This document shows positions 23,670 to 36,079 of a stretch of 64,000 bases of DNA, piece after piece. The notes under the pieces are model-generated. The model did no database searches and was not told the origin of the DNA. It saw only the letters and a program-made list of their open reading frames with translations. The translations under genes were made by a program, and so were the position numbers. The stretch is taken from contig NC_086097.1 of the NCBI RefSeq assembly GCF_963921235.1, positions 13,888,001-13,952,000 on the forward strand. The letters run 5' to 3'. Within the stretch, counting starts at the first letter, position 1. Each line of letters begins with the position of its first letter. The DNA is from Mobula hypostoma. Taxonomy: Eukaryota.

Positions 23670-23925
23670 ATTTATTTATTTATTGACATACATAGGCTCT
23701 TCCAGCCCTTCGAGCCAACCAGCCAGCAATCCTCTGATTTAATACGGGCCTAATCTGCCGAATCAACCATTATGTCTTTGGATTGTGGGAGGAAACCAGA
23801 GCCCAGGAAGAGCATCCAGGTGGTCACAGGGAGAATACAGGAGCTCCTGACAGACGGTGGCAGGAATTGAACCCGAGCTGCCTGTACTGTTAAGTGTTGT
23901 GCTAACCATTATGCTATCATGCCGC
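23670..23925 (-). mobile_element. V-SINE (HE1-like)
   Basis: Minus strand carries GGCATGATAGCATAATGGTTAGC, GGGTTCAATTCC, a V-domain and a (TAAA)n tail. Confidence 0.8.
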
Positions 23926-24116
23926 TCGGGGTTTAACAGTAGTGTAGAAATTATCCGTGAGCCTGGTGATGTGTGCTTTCAGGCTTTTGTGCCTTCTGCC
24001 GGATGAGAGAGGGGAGAAGAGAGAATGTCCGGGATGGGAGGGTGGAATCCTGGTGGTGGAGGAAATTCCTCCCTATCCTCAGTAGGAAGAGCCTCTGCCT
24101 CTTCCTCCACCCACAG

Positions 24117-24291
24117 CACGAGGCGGAATTCTGAGCAGCTGTGGCAACGCCGTTCCGACAGCATGGCGTTTATGAGGAGAAGCAGGGTGCCGAGTTTCAG
24201 AACTGGCATAAATTTTCAGAGAAAGAGAAGAACAAAATGGAAAGCTCAGACCTGTGTGTTCAGAAACCCGAGCTTCCTGCAAACAACGCGG
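24117..24291 (+). other. Candidate exon in unique sequence (175 nt)
   Basis: Strong acceptor CCTCTGCCTCTTCCTCCACCCACAG ends at 24116 and donor CGG|GTATGT starts at 24292. One frame is open. Confidence 0.25.
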
Positions 24292-24887
24292 GTATGTCAC
24301 TGCCACCCATGTAACGTGTGATTTATATCACCACAGTTGAGACAGAACAGATAACTCACGAGTGACAAAGTCACCAGAGAGAGAGAATGGCAACCACACT
24401 CGTGGAAATATTAATCATATCACACAGGTGCCTGTAACAAGTCAGATTCTACTCACGCTACAGCTCGATGGCTGATTTTAAACCTTAATTATTATGTGAC
24501 TGAATTATATATTTAATATTGCTTTCCATGTGTAAAACAGACCAAAATCATGGGTCTTAGAATACACCGCACTTTTCTCTTGAGCTGCCATCCACTGAAG
24601 AAAAATAATTTAATGAGTTAAATTAAACTGAACGGCAGTGAAATGTGATACTGACCCCCAGCTGGGCCAGTTCACTTACTATGTGTTGTATTAAAAAAGT
24701 ATTGTCAGGCAAAGTGACAAATTAGCGGCAGAATGCTCATTGAGAAAACTACAAAATTTTGGCCTTTCTTGCTCCATCTTCTGCGTCGCAAAGAAAGAAG
24801 CTGAGGCGAAAAATCAAACAAGGGCAAAATGGGCTTCATTGAACTGCCAAAGCTGAGAGCTTGATAGGGTGATTGTTAAACTGAATC

Positions 24888-25410
24888 AGAGTCACAGAGC
24901 CATAGAAAAGTACAGCACGGAGAAAAGGCCCTTCAGCCCATCTAGTCCATGCCAAAACCATTTAAACTGCCTACTCCCATTGGCCTGCACATGAAGTTGT
25001 TTCCCCTCATGTTCACCTTAAACTTTTCACCTTTCACCTTTAATCCTTGTCCGCTGGTTGCAGTCCAACCCTACCTCAGTGGAAAGAGCCTGCTTGGATT
25101 TACCCTATCTATATCCCTCATAATTTTGTATACCTCCGCCAAATGTGCTCTCAATCTTCTACGTTCTAAGGAGTAAAGTCCTAACCTATTCAATCCCTCC
25201 TTGTAACTCAGGTTCTCCAGACCCAGCAACATTCTAGTAAAATTTCTCGGTAATCTTTCAACCTTATTTAGATCTTTCCTGCAGTTAGATGACCAAAACT
25301 GCACACAATACTCCAAATTAGGCTTCAACAATACGACTTCAACATACCATCCCAAATCCTGTACTCAATAATTTGATTTATGAAAGCCAATGTGCCAAAA
25401 GCTTTCTTAC
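24888..25410 (-). mobile_element. CR1 3' fragment
   Basis: ORF 25071-25355 reads KPNLEYCVQFWS...LGLYSLERRRLR. Confidence 0.85.
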
Positions 25411-25479
25411 ATGGAGTGCATGCTGCAGAAAAAGACTGTTCATCTCAACTGATTACTGCTGGTGCTTATCCTTCACCCG

Positions 25480-25975
25480 TTCTACCTCACCATTCTCACC
25501 AGCATATCCCTCAAGTTGATAGGGATGTTAAGAAGACATATGGTGAGTTGGCCTCCATTAGTTGGGGAATTGAGTTCAGGAGCCATGAGGTAATACTGCA
25601 GCTCTATAAAAGCCTGGGTAGACAGTACTTGGAATATTCTTTTCAGTTCTGGTTGCCTCATTATTGGAAATATGTGGAAACTTAAGAGAGGGTAGAGAGG
25701 AGGTTCACCAAGATACTGCCTGGATTGAAGAGCATGTCTAATGAGGAAAGGCTGAATGAGCTTGTGCTTTTCTCATTGCGGGGAAGGAGGATGAGACTCT
25801 GACTTGATGGAGGTGTACAATGGCCAATAAGAAGGGGCATAATTTTAAGATTATTAGAGGAAAGTATAGGAGGGATGTCAGGGATTAAATTTCTTACACA
25901 GATTGGTGGTGAGTGGAGTTCCTTGTCAGGGATTGTGGTAGAGGCAGATACATTAGGGACGTTTAAGAAGCTAGT
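25480..25975 (+). mobile_element. CR1 RT C-terminal fragment
   Basis: QVDRDVKKTYG...LYKSLGRQYLEYSFQFWLPHY. Confidence 0.8.
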
Positions 25976-25989
25976 TTGTCCTGAAAAAA

Positions 25990-26555
25990 AAACAACCACA
26001 AGTAAATAGCATTCTGAACTGAAGTCCACAAATAGAGTCCGAGACCCATAATCCAGCACAGAGTCAAGTAAACGTTGCATAGCAGCAACTGAAACAGCCC
26101 ATCCCTCACCTCAGGCCCTGACATACCGACCTTTTCAATCTAGCCCGACACCTGAATCATCATCAAAACATTGGGTTCAGTCGCCTTGATATGCTCCACG
26201 GCCTGGACCCTGCTGCCTTGATTCGGCCTATACCCAGCCTTCCCGGTTCAGCCCGGTGCTTAGCTCATCGAACATCAGGTTCTGTCACTTTGATGCACTC
26301 TGAGGACTCGATTCAACCCAGCGCTTAAATCAATCGAACTACAGGTCTTCCTCACTCTCAGCGATGGACCCGCTGCCTCGCCTCACCTCAGTTCTGCCAC
26401 ATCAAGTTGCCTCCAAGTACAAAGGGAAGTTACAGGCTATTCCTTGGGGTGATGGTTTACCAGAAAAAGATTAACCATGTACTTAGCTGTTTCGCTTGTT
26501 TTGTTAGCCACCAGTCAGAAGTTGCTGAGATTTACCTCTGCCATCTAAAACGAGA
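25990..26555 (-). mobile_element. Non-autonomous element related to 21770-22295
   Basis: Shares GCATTC.GAACTGAAGTCCACAAA and the internal repeated units. Confidence 0.6.
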
Positions 26556-26884
26556 AGGTGGCCTATCCCTAATTATTTTGCCTTTTGTTATGTCATCTGT
26601 CCTTTGGCCTCTCATTTCTAAAATATCCAATCATTACTGGTAATTACTGCCTGACCATTTCACTCTCTGTGATATTTAAGGGACCAATATTCAAAGATTG
26701 CAAGCCACCTTGCTAAAATCTATTTTTATTTTGTGAGATCAAATAAAGTGAAGAGAGATTGTGGTGGAAGAACAGGATGAGAGTGTACCTTGGACATTGA
26801 AAGCTTCTCCGAGAGCTACTGGGCAGGCCCATGCTGCCAATAACTGTCAAAAGTGAGGGAGCTGTACAGGTCTCTATTTATTTC

Positions 26885-27240
26885 TTAAGACTATGAGATA
26901 AAGGAGCAGAATTAGCCATTGATCGAATCGAGTCAGCTCCACCATTTCATCATGCCTGATCCATTTTCGCTCCCAGACCCAATTTCCTGCCTTCTCCTCA
27001 TATTCCTTCGTGGCCTAACTAATCAAGAATCTATCATTCTCTGCCTTAAATATACCCAATGACTTGACCTCCACAGCTGCCTGTGGCAACAAATTCCACA
27101 GATGCACCACTCTCTGGCTAAAGAAACTTCTCCTTGTCTCCGTTCTAAATGGACGTCCTTCTTTTCTGAGACTGTATCCTCTAGTCTTAGAATCCCCCAC
27201 CATAGGAAACAGCCTCTCCACAACCAATCTTTCAAGGCCT
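26885..27240 (-). mobile_element. CR1 3' fragment
   Basis: ORF 27015-27227 reads RLFPMVGDSKTRG...FFSQRVVHLWN. Confidence 0.85.
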
Positions 27241-27861
27241 GAAAGTCCATCAGCTGGGCATCTGTTGTGGATAAAGTAGGTTGAGGAATAGGATCAGGTT
27301 TCCCTTTAAAGAGAATAACTCCCACCTATAATTATTACTCTCACGCTCTGCCTTACGTTTCCAGTAAAACATGTTGCAAGTGTGCGTACTGCATGTGGCC
27401 GCAGTTAATAATCTGCGACTGAGCATGGCAGTGACCACCCCGCCCCCCACCACCTCCCTCTTTGTGGGTAATGAACAGGAGGCCCTAATTGGGTCTTGGT
27501 CTGATACTGGTGTGATCGTTGTGGTTTGTGGTCAGACGGCCTGGTCATGCCTAAACTGATCCAACTTCGGTCTGGTATAACACATTATCAGATTTCCTAG
27601 TGCTGGCTATGGTTGAAAGTTAACCTCTTCAATAAAGTATCGTGAAAGGTTTACGATATCTTCTGTTTATTCAGATGAAAACACATACTCTATGTCTCTC
27701 CTAACAAATATCTCTGTGGCGCAAACTGTTTAGTCTGTTCGAGGACAATTTTTTAAAATTTAGGACGTATTGTACACTCACTCACTTTTGTCTCTTGCTA
27801 AATTGTTCCAGGATAATCAGAAAATACAGTAAATATTTTGCAGTGTAGATGGGAGCACCAG

Positions 27862-28505
27862 CTACTTACTGAAGCTGCTGGTGTTTAAGGCAGCAATGAA
27901 GGTCCTCCATCTTTGTCTGTCCAAAAGGATTCTTCATCGCAACGCACATGAAATGCTGGAAGAACTCAGCAGGTAGGCACTATCTATGGGAAAGAGTAAA
28001 CAAGACTGAGAAGGAAGGGGGAAGATGCCAGAATAAAAAGGTTTTGGGTAGGGAGAAGAGGCTAGCTGGAAGTTGATAGGTGAAGTCAGGTGGGTGGGAA
28101 AGGTCAAGAGCTGGACAAGAAAGAATCTGATAGGAGAGAAGAGTGGACAATAGGAGAAACAGAAGGAGGAGGGGACCCAAGGAGAAGTAATAGGCAAGTG
28201 AGAAAGTCAGAGTGGGGAATAGAGGAAAGAGGGGGGTGGAGTTTGTTCACCAGAAGGAGAACTTCTTCGTTGCTGATTCTGTAATAATTTTGTTTTACCA
28301 ATTAGGGTTTTTAGCCCTGAGATGAACCCTCAAACCTGAACCATTGGACGATTTGTAGTTTGGCCTCTACCTTTTGACCTGTTTTGTATGGTTGACTGTA
28401 CCATGAGCCAAAGCATAAAGCCCTGACTCCAACCAACTTAGCTCTCCAGGTCCTGAGGCACACAGGCCTCCAAGCCGTGACAAGGTTGTGGTTGTCTTGG
28501 AGGAG
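27862..28505 (-). mobile_element. RTE-derived bipartite non-autonomous element interrupted by a PLE fragment at about 27935-28260
   Basis: Homologous to 43940-44268. Confidence 0.65.
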
Positions 28506-28780
28506 GACGTAGTGGTTAGCAGAATGCTATTACAGCTCAAGGTGTTGGAGTTGAGAGTTCAATTCCAGTGCCATCTTTAAGAAAGATTGTACGTTCTTCC
28601 AATGTGCACATGGGTTTTTTGTGGGTGCTCCGATTTCCTCCCATGGTCCAAAGGCTTACCAGTTAGTAGGTTAATTGGTCATTGTAAATTGCCTTGTGAT
28701 GAGGCTGGTGTTAAATAGGTGGATTGCTGGGTGTCGTGGCTCATTGGGTTGGAAGGGCCTGTTCCACACTGTATCTCCAA
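28506..28780 (+). mobile_element. V-SINE (HE1-like)
   Basis: GTAGTGGTTAGC, GAGTTCAATTCC, GGGTGCTCCGATTTCCTCCCA and a CR1-like tail GAAGGGCCTGTTCC. Confidence 0.8.
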
Positions 28781-29144
28781 GTTGGTAACTCCACAACGAT
28801 GTTGATGCATTGGAGAGCAAGGATCATTCCCTGTCCTCACAGCCAAGACAAGAGACTTAGACCTGAGACACAAGCAAGTGCAGATTCTGGAATCTAGCAG
28901 CCAGAATCAGTGGATCAAGCAGCATCTGTGGATGGAAGGAGATGGTCTGTATTCTGGGTTAAGAACCTGCATCAGATCTTAGATCACAGGTTTGGAACTC
29001 AACTGCATTTCATGCAAGGAAAGTGAGAAAGATTACAATCCAAGTTTTTTTTTCAAATGACTGGATCACTTCTAAAAAGAATGACTGGTACAATTAGCTA
29101 TAAAAAAAAGGTTGTTATAGGAAAGCTATTGCTCATCAGCAGAA

Positions 29145-29727
29145 TAAATGGAGCACCTTCGCTCCATCCACCAAAAGTGGAACTTCCTGGTGGCTAAACC
29201 TTTTAATTCCCATTCCGACATGTCAGTTCATGATCTCCTCTTATGCCAAGATGAAACCACCCTCAATATGGAGCAGCAACAGCTTATATTCCATCTGCGT
29301 AGCTTCCAACCTGATGTCATGGATATCAATTTCTCTTTCTGATAGAAAATTTCCCTTCCCTACCTTTCCTCTATTCCCCACTCTGATCTTTTACCTCTTC
29401 TCAACTGTCTATCACTTTCCCCGGGTCCCCTCCTCCTACCCTTTCTCCTATGGTCCACTTCCCTCTCCTTTCAGATTCCTTCTTCTCCAGCCCTTGACCT
29501 TTCCAACCCACTTGGCTTCACCTATCACCTTCCTGCTACCCTACTTCCTCTCCCCCTATGTTTTTATTCTGGCATCTTCCCCCTTCCTTCTCAGTCCTTA
29601 AGAAGAATCTCGGCCCAAAATGTTGACTGTTTATTCATTTCCATAGATGCTACCTGATCTGCTGAGTTCCTCCAGCATTTTGTGTGCGTGGCTTTGGATT
29701 TCCAGCATCTGCAGAATCTTGTGTTTA
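29145..29727 (+). mobile_element. PLE 3' fragment (GIY-YIG C-terminus plus terminus)
   Basis: ORF 29148-29342 reads EHLRSI...FNSHSDMSV...EQQQLIFHLRSFQPDVMDINF, homologous to 47591-47874. Confidence 0.85.
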
Positions 29728-29740
29728 AATATTTCTGATG

Positions 29741-30572
29741 CTGGATCTAGTGCTTTCCCAGTGTATATGATGAATAAATGCTTTGTGGGCTTCCAGCTGG
29801 GTACAGGCATTGATTATAACCGATGTTTCGATGACAAACTCTGCCATCTGCATCAGGGATGACACCTGGGCATGTCTAGTCTGATGGTACCTATACCCCC
29901 CTAGTCCGTCCCTCTTGATTTGTTAGTCCTCAGCTAATCAGGTTTCCGCTCTCCCACCTTGTTTACAATCAAATTCCTGTTCTTACTTAGATGAGACCTT
30001 TGTCTTTGTTAAAATTCTTTTCCTCTAGTTTTATTTCAATGGCTTCATTCATCAGGTGAACCCAAAAGCCGTTGGCGTGGCATGGTAGTTTTGTGCTGTT
30101 GAAGTCAATCCTATGAATGCAGAGCAGTGTATATCGGCCAAACGGGATGCATAGTGGAAACCAGCATCAAGGAGCACTGGAAGTAAATCCATTTGGGTTA
30201 CCTGGAGAAATTGGTGGTAGCAGACACTGCACTCGCAATGGCCATAGGATAAACTACTGTGCTGCACCAATGAATTTTGGGACCACCTGGTAAAGGTAGC
30301 CATTGAAATAAAACTAGAGGAAAAGAATTTTAACAAAGACGAAGGTCTCACTCTAAGTAAGAACAAGAATTCGATTGTAATCAAGGTGGGAAAACAGAAA
30401 CCTGATTGGATGAGGACTAACCAATCAGAAGGGGTGTTCTATGGGGGTATAAATATTACTGTACTAGACATGCCCAGGTGTCATCCCTTAAGAAGCTGGC
30501 AGAGTTTGTCATTGAATTGTCAATTATAATCGATACCTTGTACTCAGCCGGAAGCACAAGAGGGGTTTATTC
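29741..30572. mobile_element. Second PLE family (Penelope/Poseidon-like), inverted pair
   Basis: Plus copy reads VYIGQTGCIVETSIKEH...AIEIKLEEKNFNKDEG. Inverted copy at 29741-30115. TSD ATTTCTGATG at 29731-29740 and 30573-30582. Confidence 0.85.
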
Positions 30573-31267
30573 ATTTCTGATGTTGTTCTCTTCAAGTTTA
30601 TTCTTTCATGTTAAGTACTGCACAGGATAAGCAGCTTAGTAAAATGGCAACTAGGCAAAATGTATAATAAAACTAACAACATTTATAATAAAATTAATAA
30701 CCAGAGCATGAAGTGATAAAGGAAGAAGGCAAGAGACTGGGGCTGAGAGGAAAAATGGATCAGCCATGATGAAATGGGGAGCAGACGATGAGCCAAATAG
30801 CCTAATTCTGCTCTTGTGTCTTATGGTCTATGGTCTCAAACAAAAAATCAAATAACAGTTATTTCTGAAGGGCCTCAGACCTGAAATTTGAACTGTTTCT
30901 CTTTCCACATAGGCTGCCCGATTTACTGAACGTTTCCAGCATCAGCTGATCACATTTCAGATTTCCAGCATCTGTAATATTTATTCTTATTTTGAAAATC
31001 TATGGGCTGCTTGCCACGAAGGGCAGCAAGATTGTAACACAATGAATTGATAAGATAGGTGCTGGTTTTCAATGTAAATCTCTTAAAATGTATTTATTTT
31101 GTCTCCCGGTATTTTAAAGTTGCCACTTAAGTTGAAGCTATAGTTGCTGAGGCCAACTAATCTTGGGCTCCAAAGTCTCCAGTAACATGCTGGTTAATCC
31201 AGTCTGCCCCCAATGGACTGTCCTATTTGAAATCTGAGCAGCTGTAAAAATAGAAAGTACTGTTGTA

Positions 31268-31612
31268 ACCATAAGACATAGGATAGAATCAGGCCATTCA
31301 GCCTGGCGATTCAGCTCCACCATTCCATCACAGTTGATTTATTATCCCTCTCAATCCTATTCTCCTGTCTTCTCCTTGTAACCATTAACGCCCAGGCAAT
31401 TCCACTTCAAGTATACGCAGTGACTTGGCCTCCATAGCCTTATGTGGCAATGAATTCCACAGATTCACCATCCACTGGCTAAAGAAATTCCTCCACATTT
31501 CTGTTCTAAAGGGAGATCCTTGTTTTCTGAGGCTGTGCCCTCTGGTCCTAGATTTCCATTAATAGAAACATCTTCTCCATATCCACTTTATCCTAGGCCT
31601 TCTGATATTCAA
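31268..31612 (-). mobile_element. CR1 3' fragment
   Basis: Tail ACCATAAGACATAGG and the reverse complement of FFSQWMVNLWN. Confidence 0.75.
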
Positions 31613-31769
31613 AAAATGTCATAAACTAGTTCGAGTTATTTTACTTGAGAAAGCATTTGGCAACATTAAAAACTAAATTAGATAACTAAAATTAGGCATT
31701 AACAAAATATATCCAAAGGATAGGAGCCCATATCAGCCCTGGACATCTGAATCATACCTGACAGGTTGC

Positions 31770-32000
31770 ATTGCAGCCTGCTGTGGTAACTACTCTGCTC
31801 TAGTCTGATGGCATCTACAGAGATTGGTAAACACTGTCCGTTTCATCACAGGCTCATCACTTCCTTCCACCCTGTCCATCAGGAAGGGTAACAGTATAAT
31901 CAATAATGCCTGCTACCCTGGTCATTCCCTTCTCTATCTTCTACCTTCTTCAAGAAAGTACAGGAGCTTAAAAGTCCAGATAAGCAAACTCCTTACTTTC
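31770..32000 (+). mobile_element. Old Rex1-like fragment
   Basis: VNTVRFITGSSLPS...LLPSSRKYRSLK. Confidence 0.6.
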
Positions 32001-32609
32001 CTCCCTACTCCAATAATTACTATTTTCCAAATCAAAGCTTGGCAAAGTCCTCGTAGCATTGTGGGATAAATCTGATTTACTCCCCACTCACACCGGAAAT
32101 AGATGAGTTGGACAGACACATTTGCTGCAGCACTTCCCACATTACAACAGTGAACACAGTTCGAAAGTACTTGTTTTGGTGTCAAGTATTTTGAGCAGTT
32201 GTGAAAAATGTTTTCAAATGCAAAGCTTTCTTTTTTCCTAATTTTCATCATTAGTTTCTTTCTCTTAATTTGTTATTTTCTCTCTCCTTTTATTCACATT
32301 CTCTTTTCCTCTGTCTCTTCTTCCCTTCCATCTTTTGAATCATGCTTGGAACGTTCAACTCACTATGTGATTTTGCACAATTTCTACAAATGTTATTAGC
32401 AGGTTGAATGCTTCATATTCTGTATTTTTTAATGTCACAGAAGGAGGCCGTTCAGCCTATTATGTAGATCCTAGCTCTCAGAGCATTCACATCAGATCAT
32501 TTTTGCCTCTTTTCCTGTAACTTATACTTCTCTCTGACATGCTCTTCAGCTCCTCGGACTCTACTGCCACCCATCAATAATACGAGCAATTTACATTATC
32601 CAATACTTT

Positions 32610-33096
32610 AAGATTGAAAGAGTGCAGAAAAAGATTACAAGAACTTGAGGGCCTGAGTTATAGGAAAAGGTTGAATGGGTTAGAACTTTATTCCCTGGAG
32701 AATAGAAGAATGAGGGGTGATTTGATAGAGGTATACAAAATTATGAGTAGTATAGATAGGGTAAATGTAAGCAGGCTTTTTCCACTGAAATTTCATGAGA
32801 TTACAAACCGTGGTCATGGGTTAAGCATGAAAGGTGAAATATTTAAGGGGAACATGAGGGAGAACTTCTTCACTCAGAGGATGGGTGGTGAGAGTATGGA
32901 TCGAGCTGCCAGCACAAGCGGTGCATGCAGGTTTGATTTCAATACTTAAGGGATATTTGGATAGGTGCATACATGGGAGGGGTTTGGAGGGCTATGGTCT
33001 GGGTGCAAATTGATGGGATTAATGGTTCAGCACAGAATAGTTGGGTCGAAGGATCTGCTTCTGTGCTGTAGTGTTTTGTGGCTCTATGACTCTATG
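32610..33096 (+). mobile_element. CR1 3' fragment
   Basis: ORF 32614-32949 reads LSYRKRLNGLELYSLENRRMRGDLIEVYKIM; TCTATGAC tail. Confidence 0.85.
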
Positions 33097-33669
33097 AATG
33101 TGAAAATACTCAGTGTGCCCCTGTTTACATAGAACACTGACATTATAAGCCACCTTCATAAGGCTTGAAGATGGCTTCTTTCATCTCTACACCCAGATAC
33201 ATTGAATAATACTTTCGCAGCACAGGGTGGAGTAACATCCATCAAAACACAGCCACTTTTCTCAAGCTCAGTATCTCAACATGAAAGGATGACCCAAATG
33301 GTCAGATTAAATATTTACTTGTTCCTCTTTATTGTATTTGTTCTAGGGCGCCATTCAGTGGTGCAAGCACTTTAATTATTATAAATATTAGGTAAAGTTA
33401 AGTGCTTTCCTTTTTGTTGGGCCATTCATGACTGATTCCTTACCACTGCAGAGTAATTTATAATGCTTTAAAAATAAATTATTACTTTTTATTTACAGTT
33501 TTGACCAAGTACAAAATAAATCTGGTGGCAGTGATGGCAACAGACCTGTGAATCTCAGGTTAGGGCTTGGTCCCCTTACAAAGCACATGAAGCAAGTTTA
33601 GTTCTATCATAGAATCAAGCCCTCTACTTGTGCACACACCCCACCACTCTCACTATTTTGTGACTGATT

Positions 33670-34270
33670 CAGGATGGCTACAAAGAGTGGTGGACCCAGC
33701 CAATTCCATCACAGGTAAAGCTGTCCCCACCACTGAGAACATCTACAAGAGGTAATGTTTCAGGTAGGCAATATTCATCATCTGGGTCCTCTCACCATCT
33801 GGCCTTTGCTTTCTTCTTAATGCTGCCATCGGGCAGGAGGCGCAGAAGCCTACAGACCAACATCATCACCAGGTTCAACAATAGCTTCTTCCCCACTGTC
33901 ATCAAGTTCTTGAACTGACCTAAAGATCCAAAAACTTCCTCAATTTATATTCCCTTTTCTCTCTCTCTCAACTTGTACTTGTGTCATTATGGTTCTTCTG
34001 TCATGTTAATTATGCATATATAATTTATGTTAACTTAAGTTCATATTACTATGTTCGTCAAATTTGTAACGCATTGACCTTTCCTACTGGCCTGGCTTCA
34101 CCTATCATCTTCCAGCTTATTTCTTTCCCTCGTTGTTTTTTTATTCTGGCATCTTCCGCCTTCCTCCTCAGTCCTGTTAAGGGGTCTTGGCCCGAAACGT
34201 TGACTGTTTATTCTTTTCTGTAGTTACTGTCTGACCTGCTGAATTCCTCCAGCGTTTTGTGTGCATTGCA
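33670..34270 (+). mobile_element. Rex1-like 3' fragment followed by a PLE terminus at about 34070-34270
   Basis: LQRVVDPANSITGK and LPSGRRRRSL motifs, then CAGTCCTGTTAAGGGGTCTTGGCCCGAAACGTTGACTG. Confidence 0.65.
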
Positions 34271-35633
34271 TTAAAGAGCCTTGCTCTTCAGTGTGTCCTC
34301 TTCTCATTTCTACCATCATGGAGCACGTAGAAGAGGTGGAAGACCCACACCCGATGTTTTAGGGACAGCTTCTTCACCTCTGCCATCAGATTTCACCTGA
34401 ACCCATGAACACTAATTTGTTATTCCTCTTTTGCTCTATTTATTTATGTTTTGATTGTAACTTAGAGTATTTTTATGCATTGCACTGTACTGCCAACAAA
34501 TTTCAACAAATTTCACAACATATGTCAGTGATAATAAGCCTGATTATGATTCTAGAGGAATTTTTTTTTTTAAAGCAGCGCTTAGCCCTGCTCTTCTACA
34601 ATTAGAAGTATGGGGACTTGTGGGACTTGTGACTTCACTGTGTTTCCCTAAGGTGGAGTAAAGCTGCCACTAACCTTGGCCACTTTCTGTGCAACCCTTG
34701 TTGAGTCCTGAAATTCTGACGTATCACATCACAGCAATTTCTCTGCACCCATGGATGGACCCTAATACATGAAAGAGGGGACAAGAAAGAAAGAAAGATC
34801 TGTATTGATGTGGAACCATTCACATTCTCAAATTTTGAGTTGAATTGAGGCTGTGGCTTGCAACTACCAGGCTTCCGGATGGGCTGCAGTGACGACTGGC
34901 TTCACGGCTCTGGACTCACTTTCATGAACTTCTGCTGTTTGCTTGCTTTCGTTACTTGCACGATTTTATTTTCTGCACATTGGGTGCTTGACCGACTTCT
35001 TTGTTTTAATAGTTTCTATTGGGTTTCTATCTTTTGTGTCTGCTTGTAAGGCAAGAATTCGCAAGGTTGTATACAGTATACAGACTTCAATAATAAATGC
35101 ACTTTGAACTTTGAACTTGATGAAGTACTCTTTAAAGTCACTATGAGCTCGGCAAGCTTTCATAAACAGCAAAATAACAATGGCCGAGTAATCTGTTGAA
35201 ATTGACTGAAGGGATCTTCCTTTGGTTCCTTTAGTTCTTTCACTCACTTCCAGTAGTTTTTGTCTTTTTTGACAATAAAATTAATTTGGACCCCTTTGGC
35301 AGTTTACTTCAGATTGGCAATAAAACATACAATACAGTACATATAGCATTGGAAAAAGCTCTTCAGTCCAAATGTCAGTCGTGAACTTCATGTTAAATTG
35401 AACTAGATCTCTTCTGCATGTATATGATCCATATTCCCCCATTCCCTGCATATGTCGAACAGCCTCTTAAATACCACATTTGTCCAACCCCTTCTTACAG
35501 CTCACACCCTCCAATCCAGGCAGAATTCTACTAAACCCCTTATGCACACTTTCCAAAGGGACTCCATATCCTTCCTGTAATGGATGGCCAGAACTGCACA
35601 AAACACTCCAAGTGTGGCCTAACCAAACTGTTT

Positions 35634-35638
<5 letters not shown>

Positions 35639-35678
<40 letters not shown>
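35639..35678. repeat. (AC)n microsatellite between a CR1 fragment (35465-35635, minus) and a PLE terminus (35679-35765, plus)
   Basis: Directly visible. Confidence 0.95.
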
Positions 35679-35680
<2 letters not shown>

Positions 35681-36079
35681 TCCTGAAGAAGGGCCTTGGC
35701 CCAAAACGTTAAATATTTACTCTTTTCCATCAATGCTGACTGACCTGCAGAATTCTCCCAGCGCTCTAGATCTCCTCACTCATAGTGGAATGAAGGGAAA
35801 GAGAAGACTAGCGGTTGGTATAATTGTGCTAGAGGTGACCTCAGTGACATCAGGGTTCATAAGCTGCACTGGAATAACAACAAGCTCATTCACTTCGCAC
35901 GATTGTGGAAGCCGGAACTCATTACTGCATCTATCAACCCAGGCTCAACAAATACAAGACACCTATCCCCAAACTGTATCTCACACACCCACAAAGACAT
36001 GCAGATGATTCAGAGCCATGTAATGCTATGTTTCCCCATACAGTGTGTTTCAGACTGCATCAGAGCTTTTGGATTCACT

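Noticed and set aside
24210..24250. Homeodomain-like peptide FQRKRRTKWK
   Set aside because: Lacks the WFQN signature, and upstream residues do not resemble helices 1-3.
33346..33363. CTCF-like site (reverse complement CCACTGAATGGCGC)
   Set aside because: Two mismatches in the core; not supportable from sequence alone.
33346..33423. TAAGTGCTTTCCTTTTTGTTGGG at 33399, resembling miR-302/430, with upstream complement AAGCACTT
   Set aside because: Only about 8-9 bp pair well, the outer stem is poor and the loop is long. It is a single copy, whereas this family is typically clustered.
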